Part shown: in pieces, positions 1 through 12,835 of the stretch
Layout of the letters: the number at the start of each line of letters is the position of its first letter
Numbering within the stretch: the stretch's first letter is position 1
Assembly: GCA_965240325.2 (NCBI GenBank)
Contig: OZ251226.1
Location: 1,860,001 to 1,924,000 of the forward strand
Direction: 5' to 3'
From: Rebecca billardiae RCC1528
Taxonomy: Eukaryota; Protista; Haptophyta
DNA: 64,000 bases
The notes under the pieces: model-generated
What the model was told of the DNA's origin: nothing
Seen by the model: the letters and a program-made list of their open reading frames with translations, nothing else
Database searches by the model: none
Position numbers and translations under genes: made by a program

Positions 1-1048
1 CGACACCGCCGAGACGTCGCTCCGCTCCCCCGGGGCGGCCATGGGCGCAGTGTTGCTCAACTGGACCGAGCTCATCTCGGTGATGTACGCGTCCTTCGAG
101 ACGCTCACGCAGCGCAACACGGGCGCTGAGTTTGCCGAGGCGCTCGAGGCGGCCGAGGAGGTCGGCGCTCGCGTCGTGCTCGGCGATCGGCGGGCGAGTG
201 TGACCACGAGCCGCATGCAGCGGCTCGTTCCGCTTCGAGAGCTGCTTCTCGACGTGCACCTGCTCCAGTACGACCACTCCGCGCAGCAGGCAATACGGCG
301 CGCGCGCACGCTCGAGGGCTGCATCTCGCGCGCGGATGCGCTGCAGCTGCGGGCCGCGCCTGCGTGCGCCACGGGCGCGGCGGAGCCGGCGCACTCGGCC
401 GATGGCGCGGTCGCGCCCGCCGCGGGGTTGGCCGACGAGCTCCGTGCGCTGCGCGCCTCGATCGCTGACGCGCACCGCACCTCGCTCGCCGATGCCGTCG
501 ACGGCGTCGTGTGGCGCGTGCTGCGCAAGTTCTGGCGCAAGGAGCTGATTGACGAAACCGACAAGGAGACGCTGCGCTGGGCGATGGACCGGCTCGGGCT
601 GATCGACCCGCTCGCCGAGGCGCCGTTCCCGGGCACGATGCGGCGCATCCTCGTGCACGAGCGCGACCAGCTCCTCGCCGACTCGCTCGCGCGCGCCCGC
701 GGGCCGGTCGTCGTGGGCGTGGTGGGCAAGGCGCACGTGTCGGGCATCGAGCGCGCCTTCCGCGAAGGGATCGAGCCTGCCGAGCAGCTGGACGGGTACC
801 TGCACACGCCGCCGTGGCAGCCACGCCCGTGGCACGCGGGCGCGGCGGCGGCGCTGGCCGGCGCGGCGTTCGGCTGCGTGCGCTCGCGCGCCTTCCGCCG
901 CTCGGTGGGCGTCACCGCGGCGGGGCTTGGCGTGGGCCTGGCGTGGCTCAACTACGAGGTGCGCGACCGCATGCGCTTCTTCGAGCACAGCCAGCGGCAG
1001 CTCTCCTCGCGGGCGGCAGTCGCGCGCACGATCGACGCGCACGAGTGA
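1..1048 (+). CDS. TraB-domain protein (TRABD-like), probably 5'-truncated by the window edge
   Basis: Motifs VVLGDR, LVHERDQLLA and VVGVVGKAHVSGI match TraB/PrgY family motifs; C-terminal hydrophobic segments; stop at 1048. Confidence 0.8.
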   Translation, partial: DTAETSLRSPGAAMGAVLLNWTELISVMYASFETLTQRNTGAEFAEALEAAEEVGARVVLGDRRASVTTSRMQRLVPLRELLLDVHLLQYDHSAQQAIRRARTLEGCISRADALQLRAAPACATGAAEPAHSADGAVAPAAGLADELRALRASIADAHRTSLADAVDGVVWRVLRKFWRKELIDETDKETLRWAMDRLGLIDPLAEAPFPGTMRRILVHERDQLLADSLARARGPVVVGVVGKAHVSGIERAFREGIEPAEQLDGYLHTPPWQPRPWHAGAAAALAGAAFGCVRSRAFRRSVGVTAAGLGVGLAWLNYEVRDRMRFFEHSQRQLSSRAAVARTIDAHE

Positions 1049-2397
1049 GCGAGGCATCTCGTCTGGCCGCGCTGAGCGCGTAGGCCTCACGGCGAGCGCG
1101 AGCCGCAGCCGCCGTAGCCAGCAGGCGGCTGCGCCAGAAGCTACCGCGTACGAGTAGTTAGTATGAGCAGCTAGCTACTGGCTACGCCGCGCGGTGTCGT
1201 CGCCATGACCGCCATGGCGCCCCCCATGCCGGACTGCAGCTAGCTTTTGGTCCGACGCGCCGTCGTCAGCTTTTACGCGCGTGTGACTCACGCGGAGTCG
1301 GACTGATCACCGAGCAGACCGGAGTTGAGTAGTACGACTATATAGTCGTTATCATCGACGATATGAAACCGTACCGCGGCCTACTGGTACTCAGTAGTAG
1401 CTAACCATTGTACAGCCCAGACGAGTCAGAGTGCCAGTCGTGACTCGTGACGAGTTGACTTATTAGCAGCAGTGCTATTAGCAGTCGAGTGACGTAACGC
1501 GGCAGGCGCCCGCCGGCCGCGCCCGGCCGAGTTCACGGACATATATATCACATCATATATAACGAGCCCGATATGTACCCGATCGAGGCCGAGGGTCAGG
1601 CCTCAGGCCGGGAGTTCGAGCGTGTGATGCAGGCGCAGCTGTGAGCTGGGCCAGCTGGGCCACAGGCCAGGGACATCTAGTCAGCCTCAGACGTACGTAG
1701 TATTAAGTATACATCCCGACGACTAAAATCTAAATATTCGTCATTTTAAAATCTGTATCAGTGATGCATGAGTTACATGCAATAATAACTATATGTCATA
1801 ATCATTCGCGGCACGGTCTCCGAGATCGGGACACTGATAGTACCGTTGAAGTCCGAGTGAACTCACATCATCAGCAGCATAAGTAAGATCGAGTCGACGA
1901 TAGTAGTCGTTAATATAAAGTATTCAATAAATACGATTATAATGGATATGACTACGTCGTCTTTCTTGGCGGCCGGCAGGCCCGGCAGCATGCGCGCTCG
2001 CCGAAGACAGATTCACATCATGATTATTATTCGTCAACTCGGGTGCTGCCAGGCCGTTCGCCTTCTTAAACGGTTGATCGACAATCGAGCTCCGAGTGCT
2101 CCGACGGCCCGACGGGCGGTGCGTCGTTAGTCGTGACAATGCTGAGGTGAGCCGAGTGCGTGGCCCGCCACCAGCCAGCGCTGGTCAGGCCGGTGCGAGT
2201 ACTGTCGCCGCAATCAGCACGTGGCGCACAGGTCCGCGCGTGCGCTCGGCCACTCGGTGGCCCCCCCGTCGCGGTCGCGTCGAGCGCGCGCCGCCGGCCC
2301 AAGCCGCGGGCCCTGCAGAGGCGCCGCCTGGGCGTGCCGCAGCCTCTCTCTGCGTGCGGCTCGCCGCGTGCTCGACCGAGCGCTCGCGGCAGCATGC

Positions 2398-4321
2398 TCA
2401 GTGCTTGTCCTCGTGCTTTTTCGCCCGCCGCTTCTCGTTCTTCGCGGACGCCCTCGACTTGCTCGGCTGCTGCTGCGGCTGGTTGTGCCCCGAGTGCGCG
2501 TCGCGGCCGTGCGAGCCGCTCGTGTTCTGCCAGCCGTCGTCGTGCGAGTTGTCTTTGTCGCCCGCGACGCGGTCGTAGGTGCACATCTCGCAGAAGCGCG
2601 CGGGGCCGGGGTTGATGAAGGAGCACCGCTTGCACGACCATTCGCGCGGCTTCTGGATGCCGCCGGACTTGCTCTGATCGGGCTGCTTGGACGTCGACGG
2701 CGTCGCGGAGATGGTGGCTGGCTTAGGCGGCTTCCACGCCTTGGCAGCCGCTGCATAGTCATCCGTCGTGACGAGCCGCTTCGCCTGCTGGCTGGCGGCG
2801 GCGGCGGCGGGCTGCTGCTGCGGCTGCGGTGGCGGCTGCGGCGCAGGCGCGTGCCCGTACGCCGCCGTCGGCTGCGCGTGCGCGACCGCGGGCTTCGTCG
2901 CCGGCCGCGCGTGCACCGTCTGCGGTGCTGCGCTCTGGCGAACACTTGCCGCCATCGTCTGCGGCTGCGCGGGCTGCTGCTGCTGCTGCTGCTGCTGCGC
3001 GCCCATCCCGTTGGGCGCGGGGACGGAGGGCGCGGCGTACTGGGGCTGGTGGTACCCGCACGCGCCGGACACGGGGGCCATCCCGCCGCCCACGCCGAGC
3101 CTGGCGTCGACCCCGCTTGCGACCGCTGCGCCGTAGCACGCGCCCAGGCCCGCGTCCGCCGGCGCCGTCATCGCCGCGCCGAAGCACGAGGACGCGGCCC
3201 CGGCGCTCGGCGCGGCCTGGGAGGAGAGGACGGTGAGGGCGGAGGGGAAGGCTGCGCTTGGACCCGGCGGCACCGCGCCGGGCATGCCCGGCATGGGCTG
3301 GCCGCCCTGCAGCGACATGGCGCCGAACTGCGCGAGAGGCGGCACCGAGCCCGGCGGCTGCTGTGGCTGGCCGTAGTGACCGAGCGGCGCGCTCATCGCG
3401 TGGTGCTGCATGAGCGGATTTGCGCATGCCGAGGGGTCGCCGAAGCCGCCGACGCCCGTGTCCGCTTGCCCTGCATCCGCCTCGGCAGCCGCCGCCGCCG
3501 CCGCCGCTGCCGCCGCCTGCTGATCTGCGCGCGAGCGCCAGTTAGACGAACGGTCCGCAGCCGACGGCGGCACGCCGCGCGCGGGCGGCGCGACACCCCA
3601 GTCGGCGCCGGCGACGGGCATGGCGGGGGGCATCCCGTACGCAGGCACTCCCCCGAGCGCCTGCTCGGCCCCGCCTGCTGGCGCGAACTGCCAGTTGGCC
3701 GCCAGCGCCTCGCTCGCAGGCAGCCGCTCCATCGCGCCAAAGTGAATGTAACCGGAGCCAACCACGTTCGGATTGTCCATGCGGCTGGCTTGCGCGTCGA
3801 GCTGCTCTTGGCGCGTGTAGAAGGGCGGTTTGTATGACATGGTGACGGGCTGAGAGGCAGGGCTCCGCGACAACAGAGCCACACTGCGCGCGCACGCGCC
3901 GTGCGAGCGCGCGACGGCACGCGCACGGAGACGTGAGGTGGGTGGTGGGTCGCGGGCCCAGGCGCGCGCGCGGACGAGCACACGCATGGGCGGTCTGGTG
4001 CCCTCCGCGCACGGCGCACGGCGGAGCACGCCGTCACCGCCAGCGCGCAGCCTCGCGGCGCGCGCACCCACAGCAGCTGAAAAGGGACCGCGCCAAGGTT
4101 GGGCGTGCTCCACGCGGTCAAAGCCCGGCACGGAGTGATGAGTCGGAAGGGGCGAGGCCCGGACCGCTGACCACGCGGCTCTCGGGGTGTCCGGTAAAGT
4201 AGGTAGGTAGCAAGCGACCTGACTCACGAGATATCATTGCAAGAGTACCGAGATATTGTGCGAATTCATTCATCAAGGCGTCATTTTCCTCTGCTGCTTC
4301 ATCAATACTGTCTGTATTCAT
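2398..4321 (-). CDS. Low-complexity Gln/Pro/Ala-rich protein with C-terminal RanBP2-type zinc finger
   Basis: WSCKRCSFINPGPARFCEMC fits W-x-C-x2-C-x3-N-x6-C-x2-C. Main exon ~3850-2398 (ATG at 3840). A possible upstream exon MNTDSIDEAAEE starts at 4321 and is followed by a GTGAGT donor at 4227. The 5' structure is uncertain. Confidence 0.65.
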
Positions 4322-4415
4322 CCGCGCGGCGGAACTCGGCACCGGCGCACGCAGACCGCGCCTGAAGCCTCCGCGACGCCGCGAGTGGGACCGCACGCGT
4401 CCTGACGCGGGCGTT

Positions 4416-6508
4416 TCAATCGCTCTCGTCGCCCTCCTCGTCCTCCTCCTCCTCGCCCTCGCTGCCATCGCCACTTGAATCGCCGTCGTCGGCCTCGTCT
4501 GCCCGATTTGCGCCGGCGCGCGCGTCGTCGCCGCCGCCGCCGCCGCCGGCCTTGGATTCGACGTACTCGCGCGCGCGCGCCTTCACGTGCGCGACCGTCT
4601 GCGCGTCGCCGTGCGCCTGCTCCCACCCAAGCCAGCGCTTGAAGACGTACTTCATCTTCTTCGACGACAGCTTGAGCGAGGCCACGCGCTCGAAGAGCCG
4701 GCGCACATCCGCCGCGTCCGTGCCGGCGCCTGAGCGCACCGAGCGCGAGCGCGCGCGCGCATGGCGGGTGAGCGCGCGATCGCCGGCGACGCACGTCGGC
4801 GCGGACGCGTCACGCCTCCCGCGCTCGCGCCGCGCGCACCCTGCCGCGTCTCCATGTCGAGGTACACGGACCACAGATCGAGCCGCTTGGGCGCGTGAGA
4901 CAGTACGCCGTCGAAGACGGTGCGCGCGCGCTCGACGGAACCTGCGCGGGCGGCACGCGCCGAGAGAGCGAGCGCGCGGCACCGGGGATAGGCGGGGGCA
5001 GGAGGGGGCGCGGGGGCGTGCGCCGGTGGGCGTGCTGGGCGAGCGCGACCGCTCGGCCACGCGGCGCGCGCACGCTGCCGGCGCGCCCACGCCGCGCGCC
5101 GCGGGTCGGGCTGCGCGCGCGCGATCTGCGGAGCAGCGCGCACGCACGCGCACGCGCACGCGCATGCGCATGCCACGCGGGCGTGGCGCGGGCAGGCGGC
5201 GGCGCGGGCAGGCTGCGGCGCTCACCGTGCCGGTACTCGAGCTGGCCGTACTTGACGATGCTCGGGATGTGCTTCCGTCGCGGCAGGCTCTGCAGCGAGC
5301 GCTCGAGCACGCGGCGCGCGTCCGAGAACTCGCCCCGCCTGAAGTGCCACTCGATGCGCGCCAGCCACACCTTCTTCGAGCCCTTGAATCGCTTGGCGAC
5401 GGCGTCGTAGACGGCCGCGGCCGAGGCGTGGTCGCCCGCGCGCTCGTGCACGGACGCCATCTGCAGGTACATGTGCTTGGCGTTATTCTCGGCGCACGCG
5501 CGGCGGAAGGTCGCGCCGAGGCTCTCCTCAGACCCGTGGGACTTCTCGAGGTTGAGCAGGGCGAGCCAGACGTTGCGCTTCTCGTCGAGCTTGCTGCGCG
5601 TGCGCGGGCGTGCGACGCGGGCAGGGGCGGAGGCGGGCAGGGGTGGAGGCGGACAGGGGCGGAGGAGGGCGGGGGCGAAGGCGGGCGGGGGCGGAGGCGG
5701 GCGGGGCGAAGGAGGGTGGGGAGGCAGCGCGGTCGGCCGGGCAGGCGGGGCGGAGAGGGCAACGCGCGGACGGGCGCGGGCGCACGGCGGCGGCGCACGG
5801 CCGGTGGCGGCTGGGTGCCAGCCTCCCTCCGCACACGCGCCGCGTGCGGGCCAGGCGCACAGCACAGCAACCCGTGCGCGCACACGCGCACCGCCGCCGT
5901 GCGCGCGCGCCGCACCGCGCGCGCGGCGCACGCACCGGTAGTTGATCGACTTGAGCGCGCGCTCGCCGATGCGGCGCGCGCGCTCCGCGTCCGCCTGCGA
6001 CAGGTGCCACGCCATGTACCGGACCCACGTGTACGAAGAGTCCGGGGCCGAGAGCAGGAGCCTCTCAAAATCGTCGGCGCTCGCGGCCGCGGCCGAGCCG
6101 TCCGCGAGGCTGCGCTCGCGCGCCGCGAGCTCCTCCTCCCCCGCCTTCAACTCGGAGCGCTTGGCGTCGCGCCGCGCGCGCCGCTCGGCCGCGCCCGCCT
6201 CCTCCTCCTCCTCCGAGCCCGCGCCATCGGCGGCACCGCCGTCGGCGCGCGCGCCGGCCGGCGCCGGCCGCGCGGGCCCACTCGGAGTGAAGTCTTCCCA
6301 TTCAAAGCCGCCGCCGGGGAGCGGCGCGCCCGCGCGCCGCGGCGGCGTGCGCCCCTCAGCCTGCGCCATCGTCACACCTTCGTCGTCGTCGTCGTCGTCG
6401 GAGTCGGAGTCAGAGTCGGAGTCGGCGTCGTCTGATCCTGCCTCGGAGTCGTCGGGGTCCGAGGCGGCCAGGCCCGCGCCCGCGCCCTCGCCCGCAGCGG
6501 CGGCGGCA

Positions 6509-6546
<38 letters not shown>

Positions 6547-9500
6547 CATGCCCTCGCCGCCATCCTCCTCCGCCTCCTCCTCGCTGCTGGCTCCGGCGGC
6601 GGCGGCGCGGCGCGAGAGCTCGCCCGCGCGCGCGCCCGCCTCCGCCTCCGCCGCCTCCGCCGCCGCCTCCGCCTCGCGCAGCAGCTCGGCGCGCAGACTG
6701 AGCGAGACCCGCCGCTGCTCCGTGTCGACGCCGAGGACGACCGCCTGGACTCGCTCGCCGACGCGGAACAGCTTACCCGGGTCCTCCACGAACTTTCCGG
6801 CGAGTTCCGAGACGTGCGCGAGGCCGGAGAGCCGCGCGCCGTCGAGCTGCACGAACACGCCGAACTTCTCCACGCGCCGGACCACGCCCGTCACGAGCGA
6901 GCCCTCGACGAGATCGGACAGTGTCAGCTCGCGCGCCGCCGCGCCGCCGCCGGCGCCGGCGGCGCGGCCGTCGCGCCCGCGCGCGCCGTGCTCCGGGAGC
7001 ACGGCGTCCGCGCCCATCAGCGACGGGCGCAGCGTGAGCGTGACGCGCGCGCTGAGCGGCTCGACGCTGAGCACGCGGCCCGCGACCAGCGCGCCCGGCG
7101 CGAGGAACCCCTCGGCCGTCGGCACGAAATCGTCTGCAAGGTGCGCTATCGGGACAAGCGCGTCGACTAAACGCGAGAGCGACACAAAGGCGCCGACGGG
7201 GCCGTCGACGCGCTTGACGTAGCCGCGGACGTGCGCGCCGCGCGCGAGCTCGGACGCGGCGCCGACGCGCGGCGGCGGCGGCGGACACGCGACGCCGCCG
7301 CCGCTCGCCGCCGCCGCCGCCGCCGCGTCCACGGCGCTTCTCCGCAGACTGACGTCTACTCGGCCGGTGCCCAGATCGGCCGCGACGACGACGGCCCGCA
7401 CCACCGAGCCGAGGGCGAGGCGCGAGCCCGGCGCCTCGGCCCAGCCGTCCTCGATCTCGGTGATGTGCGCGCGCGCACTCAGCCCCGGCCCCAGCTGCAG
7501 CTGCGCGCCCGCCGCGGGCAGCACGCGCTGCACGCGCGCGAGCAGCAGCGCGCCGGGCGCGGGCAGCGCAGCCTGCGGCTGCGGGTGCGTGCCCGCGCCC
7601 GCGGCCTTCGCGCCCGCGGCGGCGGCGGCGCCGGGCGCCGGGCCGAGCGTCGGGTACGGCGCGAGCCGCAGGCTCAGGTCCACACGCGCCGAGCGCGCGT
7701 CCACGCGCACCACGCGCGCGCGCACGCTGTCCCCCAGCCCAAAGTGCGCCGGCGGGTCCGAAGCCACCGCTGGGTCGCAGTTCGTGCTCAGCTCGAGGCA
7801 GTGCGCCCGCGCCGTCACGTGTGGCCCGACGTAAAGCCAGAGCCACTCGGCGCTCGCCTCGCGCACGACGGCGTCGACCTCGGCGCCCTCGACGAGCGTG
7901 CCGATCGTCGGCCGCGCCGCGGGCACGACCAGCGCGCCGCTCGCCGCCCCGCCCTCCGCCGCCTCCGCCGCCTCCGCCGCCGCCGCCGTCGCTCCGCCGC
8001 CGTCGCGCGCTCGCGCCTTCGCGGCCGCGGCGGCGGCGCGCGCCGCGCGCCTCGCCGCTCCGAGCTCGGACGGGCGGATGGTGAGCTCGACGGTTGCGCG
8101 CGCGTCGTCGACCTCGAGCACCACCGCCTGCACCGTCGCGCCCGCCTGCAGCGCGTCCAGCGTCGCGTGCTCGCCCGCGTCCGCCACCTCGCTCAAGTGG
8201 ATCCGCGCCCGGAGGCCGCGCGAGAGGCGCACGTTTGCCTGCGTCGGCGTCGTCGAGATAACGACGCCGCGCACGAGCCGGCCGGGGGCGCACTCGTCGG
8301 CGGAGCGGACGGGCTCGGCGAGCGGCGCGCGCGGCGCCGCGGAGCCGCCGCCCGCGCCGCCCGCGCCGCGCGCGCCGCGCGCGATGCGCAGCAGCAGCGG
8401 CGGCGCCTGCGCCAGCGTCGCGCCCACGCCGCGCACGCCTGCGACACACGGCGGCGCGCCGCCCGCCGCGGCCGCGGCCGGCTTCACCACGCTCACGCTG
8501 AGCTGCTGGCCGAGGGCGAGGAGCGGCGCGCGGCCCGCGCCGCCCGCGGCGGCCCCGCCGCCGGCTGCCGCGGCGGCCCCGCCGCCGCCGCTGGCGCCGC
8601 CGCCGCCCGCGCCGCTCTGGCCCGCCTCGTTATAATCATGTACGAGAGCGTAGCCAATCGCGTGGCCGCATTCTGGCAGCGAGACGACGGCATACTGGCC
8701 CTTGACGAGCTCGACGACGGCGGCGTACGCGTGGCCCGCGCTGGGCGTGGCGGGCGGCGCCGCCGCCGAGGGCGCGCTCGGCGTCGGGGCGGACGGCTCG
8801 CCCTTGCGCCTCTTCTTGCCGGCGGCGCGCGCGCCGGCCGCGCCGCCCGCCGCCGCGCCGCCCGCCGCGCGCGCCGCCGCCGCCCTCACCAGCTGCGCGC
8901 GCAGCGAGCAGTCGACGATGCCGCGCGCGCCGTCCGAGTCGAGGACGACGGCGCGCACGCGCGCGCCCACGGCGGGCAGGCCGCCAGTCGCGTCGTCGTC
9001 CGCGCCGTCGGCGTCGGCGTCGGCGTCGGCGTCGACGTCGAGCGCGTCCGCCGCGCCGCGCTTGCCCTTAGCTCTGCCTTGCTTGTGCGCGTGCGCGCCG
9101 CGCGCGCCGCCCTCCGCGGCGCCGGGCGCGCCGAGGTGCGCGCGCGCGACGAAGCCGGTCGCGCCGTCCGCCAGCGCGAGCACCACGCCGTACGGCTTGT
9201 GCTCCAGCACCTCCGCCGACACGAGCGCGCCCGGCGCGAAAGCGCGCGCCGCGTCGAAGCGCGCCGCGGCCGCGAGCGCCGCCTTCTCAAGCGCGAGCGT
9301 GCCAAGCAGTTCCGTGCCGTCGGTGGCGCACTTGGCGTGGCGCAGCGAGCCGAGCGGGCGCTCCGCGCCGCCGCCGCGCCTCTTCGACTCCGAGCTCGCG
9401 CCCACCGCCGGCGGCGGCAGGATCTGCACCCGCACCGACTGTCCCAGACAGACCGTTTCGCCCGTGTCGGTTACGAACGCGTCGGCGAGCTCGCGCTTCG

Positions 9501-12500
9501 GCACGAGAACCGAAGCGCCGGGCGCGCCGAAGCGGACGAAGGCGCCGTACGGCGTGAGCGCGTGCACGTACCCGGCGAGCGTGAGCCCCGGCCGCACCGC
9601 CGACGCGGCGGTTGGCAGCGTCCCCGCCGCGCGCGCGCGCAGCAGGCTCGGCTTGGCGGAGAGCACGTACACGCGCACGCCATCGCGCGCCTGACGACCG
9701 ATCACAAGCAGCCCGGAGAGGCGCGCGCCCACGGCGTGCGCCGCGCCCATCAGCGCCGCGTGCGCGGGCAGGTCGCACAGCTGCGCGAACGGCAGCTCGC
9801 CCACCTCCTGCAGCCGCGCCCCGCCGCCACCGCCGCCACCGTCGCCGTCAGCGTCGGCCTCGTCGGCGTCGGCGCCGGCGTCGGCGTCGTCGGCGCCGCC
9901 GGCCGCGCCGCGCCCGCTGCCGCCGCCGCGCGGGATGAGCACGTCGTAGCGGTCGTCCCGCACGGCGGTGACGCGCGCGGAGACGATCGCGCCCTCGGCG
10001 AGCGCAGCCGCCTCCTCGCCCGCCGCTGCGCCGCCGTCCGCGCCGCCCTGCACCGCGCCGCCGCCGCCCTCGGCGTTGGCGCCGGCGCCGTCATCGCGCA
10101 GCGCGCCGGCGCGACCAGCGTCGAGAACAAACGAAAGGCACATGCGCTTTCGCTCCGGCTCGGCGGAGACGACGCGGCAGCGCACCACCTGCCCCAGCGC
10201 GTAGCACGACTTGGGGTCCTCCTCCCACGCCGCGCCGTGCGTCGCGCGCAGCTCCGCCGCGCGCACCACGCCGCGCACGCCGCCGTACAGCGAGACGACG
10301 CAGCCGAACGGCCGCACGCCCGTCACGATGCCGTGAGTGACGAAACCGGGATTCGCCTGTTCGTACGCCGTGAGCCGCGGGAGCGTGCTGCGCACGAGCT
10401 CCTTCTTGAGCGAGAGCGAGAGCTTGCGCTCGGCCGCGTCCACGCTCAGCACGACCACCGTCACCGCCGCGCCCGGCGCGAGCCCGCTCGGCTTCTCCGC
10501 GCGGGCGATCGCGCGCGCCGCGGCCGCACCGAGTTGGTCTCGAGGCACGAGGCCATCAACGCCCGGCCCGAGGGAGACGATGGCGCCGAAGGGCCCGAGC
10601 TTCTTCACGCTGCCGTCGCGCACGTCGCCGGCGCGCACGTCGCCGAACGACAGCACCTCCCGATCGAGCACGCTCGGGCGCAACGACAGCAGCGCGCAGC
10701 CGTCGAGCGCCGAGTAGCCAACGACGCGAGCGGCGCGCGCCGGCGCGCCGGGCGCGAGTGCGGCCGCCTCCTTGGCTGCGCCGCCCTTGTCGCGCCCATT
10801 GAGCGCGAGCTCGAAGCGGTCGGAGAGGTGCTCCACGTGCGCGAACCCGAGCAGGGCCTCGGCCGACGGCGGCTGCGCCGCCGCCGCGCCGCCGGCCGCC
10901 GGTGGCTGCGCCGTCGGCCGCGCGAGCGTGAGCACACCCTGTCGCGGCAGGCGCGCAAACACGCGCGCCTCAACGCGCGCGCCGACCAGCGCGGCCGGCG
11001 CGGCGTGCGGCCGGAGCTCGAGCAGCTCTGGGCGCGCCGAGAGCGCCACCGTGCGCCGCGCCTCGTCCACGAACAGCACGCGCGCGCGCAGCTTGGCGCC
11101 GCGGGCGATGTGCGCGGCCCAAGACGCGGCGGCCTCCGCCTCGGGCGCGGATCGGGCGAGCTCGGCGCCGAGCCGCGAGATATCAATCTCGGCGCCGAGC
11201 TGCGAGATCTCGATCGTCCCGGCGAAGAAGCCGCACGCGCTGACCAGCACGCCGCTCGGCACCACCTTGGCCACGCGCGCGCTCACCAGCGTGCCCGGCA
11301 GCAGGCTGCCCAGCGAGTCCGCGTGGCTCGGCGCCAGACTGTGCGAGCGCTCGGCCTCGGCGGAGTAGCTGAGTGGCACGACGCCGCGCGCGCGCGCGCC
11401 GGCCGCGACGGAACAGAGCAGCACACGGCCGACGGGCAGCGCGCACGCGTCCACGCCCGCCGCGCGCCGCGCGTGCAGGAAGCCACGCAGCCCGGCCGGC
11501 CCGAGCGACAGCACCGCGCCGTGCTCCTCGCGCGACGCGACGCTTCCGAGAACGTACCGGCCTTCGGCGAGCGCGTCGGCGCTGAGTGAGCTGACGAGTT
11601 GGGACAGGCGCAGGCTCAGCTCAATGCCCTTGCGCCCCGCCGACGCGGCGGCGGCGGCGGCGGCGGCCCCGCCGTCGGCGGCGGCAGCGCTCGTCCGCTT
11701 CCGCCGCACCGCGAGGACCACGCAGCGCACCAGGTCGCCCGGCGAGAACGAGTCTGAGAGCGGCGGTAGCTCGCGAGCGCCCGCGCCGGCGCCGTCCGCG
11801 TCGAGCCGCGCGGCGTGCTCGTCCGCCCATTCCGCGTGCTTGTCCGAGCACGCCCGGTACGCCACCCGGCCGCTCAGGTTGTTGGGCAGCGCCACGAGCA
11901 GCCCGTCAGGCCGCACCTCGCGCACGGCGCCCAGCACGCCCATCCCCTCGCTCAGGCGCTGCGCGGCGGATTGGCGGCGCGGCGGCGCGGCGGCGCGGCG
12001 GCGCGGCGGCGCGGCGGCGCGGCGGCGCGGCGGCGGCGTGCGCAGCGGCGGAGGGGTCAGCATGCGGCGCGCGAGGCGGTGCACGCCGCCGTGCCGGCAG
12101 CGGTCGGTACGCGCCGCTGTGCGCGCGCGCATCAAACGCACCCCCCGTCCTCTCCCGCGTTCCATCGCGCCCTCCGCGCGCGCGCGCGCGCCACGGCAGC
12201 CGCGTGCGTGCGTGCGCGGTGCGCGTGCGTACCTTGAACTTGAGAGGGTCGACGCGGTGTGGCGCGGCGGAGTTGGCCCATGCGCCGAGGGCGATGCCAG
12301 CCATTGGGTCCGCCGCGTCGGCCTTCGGCCGCTTCGCGGGCGTCGCCGCGCCTGCGGGCGCGTCGCCAGAGGCACGCTTGCGCTCACTCTTGGGCGTGCG
12401 AGCGTGCTCTGGTTTCGTGTGTGCGGCCTGGCGGTACTCGATGGGCGTGAGCACGCTGCCGCCGCCGCGAGGGAAGTCGGCCTCGGTCGAAAACGCGCCA

Positions 12501-12763
12501 CGCACGGGCGGAGCCGTGGCAGGAGTCGAGCTGCGCGTGCGCACACCCGCGAGCGCGCGCGCGCGCGTGCGCACATGTGCGCGCGTTGCAGCCGTGAGCA
12601 CCACACGCGCGCTGTGTGCGATGCGCAGAAGCGCCACCGCGCAGCCGGCGCAGCGCGCAGAGTGGAGACGCGTACGCTCGGCGCGGGGGCACGCGACGCA
12701 CCTGTTCTGCGCATCGCTGCGCTCAGCCCGCTTCGCGGTCGGCGTGCGGCTCTTGGGCTTCAT
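4416..12763 (-). CDS. RRP5: rRNA biogenesis protein RRP5 (multiple S1 domains plus C-terminal HAT/TPR repeats), multi-exon
   Basis: N-terminal EADFPRGGGSVLTPIE; many S1 repeats (e.g. GVVRRVEKFGVFVQLDGARLSGLAHVSEL); HAT region DFERLLLSAPDSSYTWVRYMAWHL, EKRNVWLALLNLE, PKRLDLWSVYLDME, KKMKYVFKRWL..E. Frames switch across GC-rich introns. Confidence 0.93.
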
Positions 12764-12835
12764 CGTGACCGTCGGCACGTATCTTGCGTCGTCACTCTCA
12801 CGGCCGGCGGGTGTGCGTGTGCCCAGGGCCCGAAT

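Noticed and set aside
1150-2050. AT-richer intergenic DNA with TAGTAG/GACTCA words (similar at 48830-49330)
   Set aside because: No periodicity, TIRs or ORF identified; treated as degenerate intergenic sequence.
11973-12037. (GGCGGCGC)n tract, and the 12-mer tract at ~55447-55565
   Set aside because: Ordinary simple repeats in an intron and in a Pro-Ala-Ala-Ala coding run.
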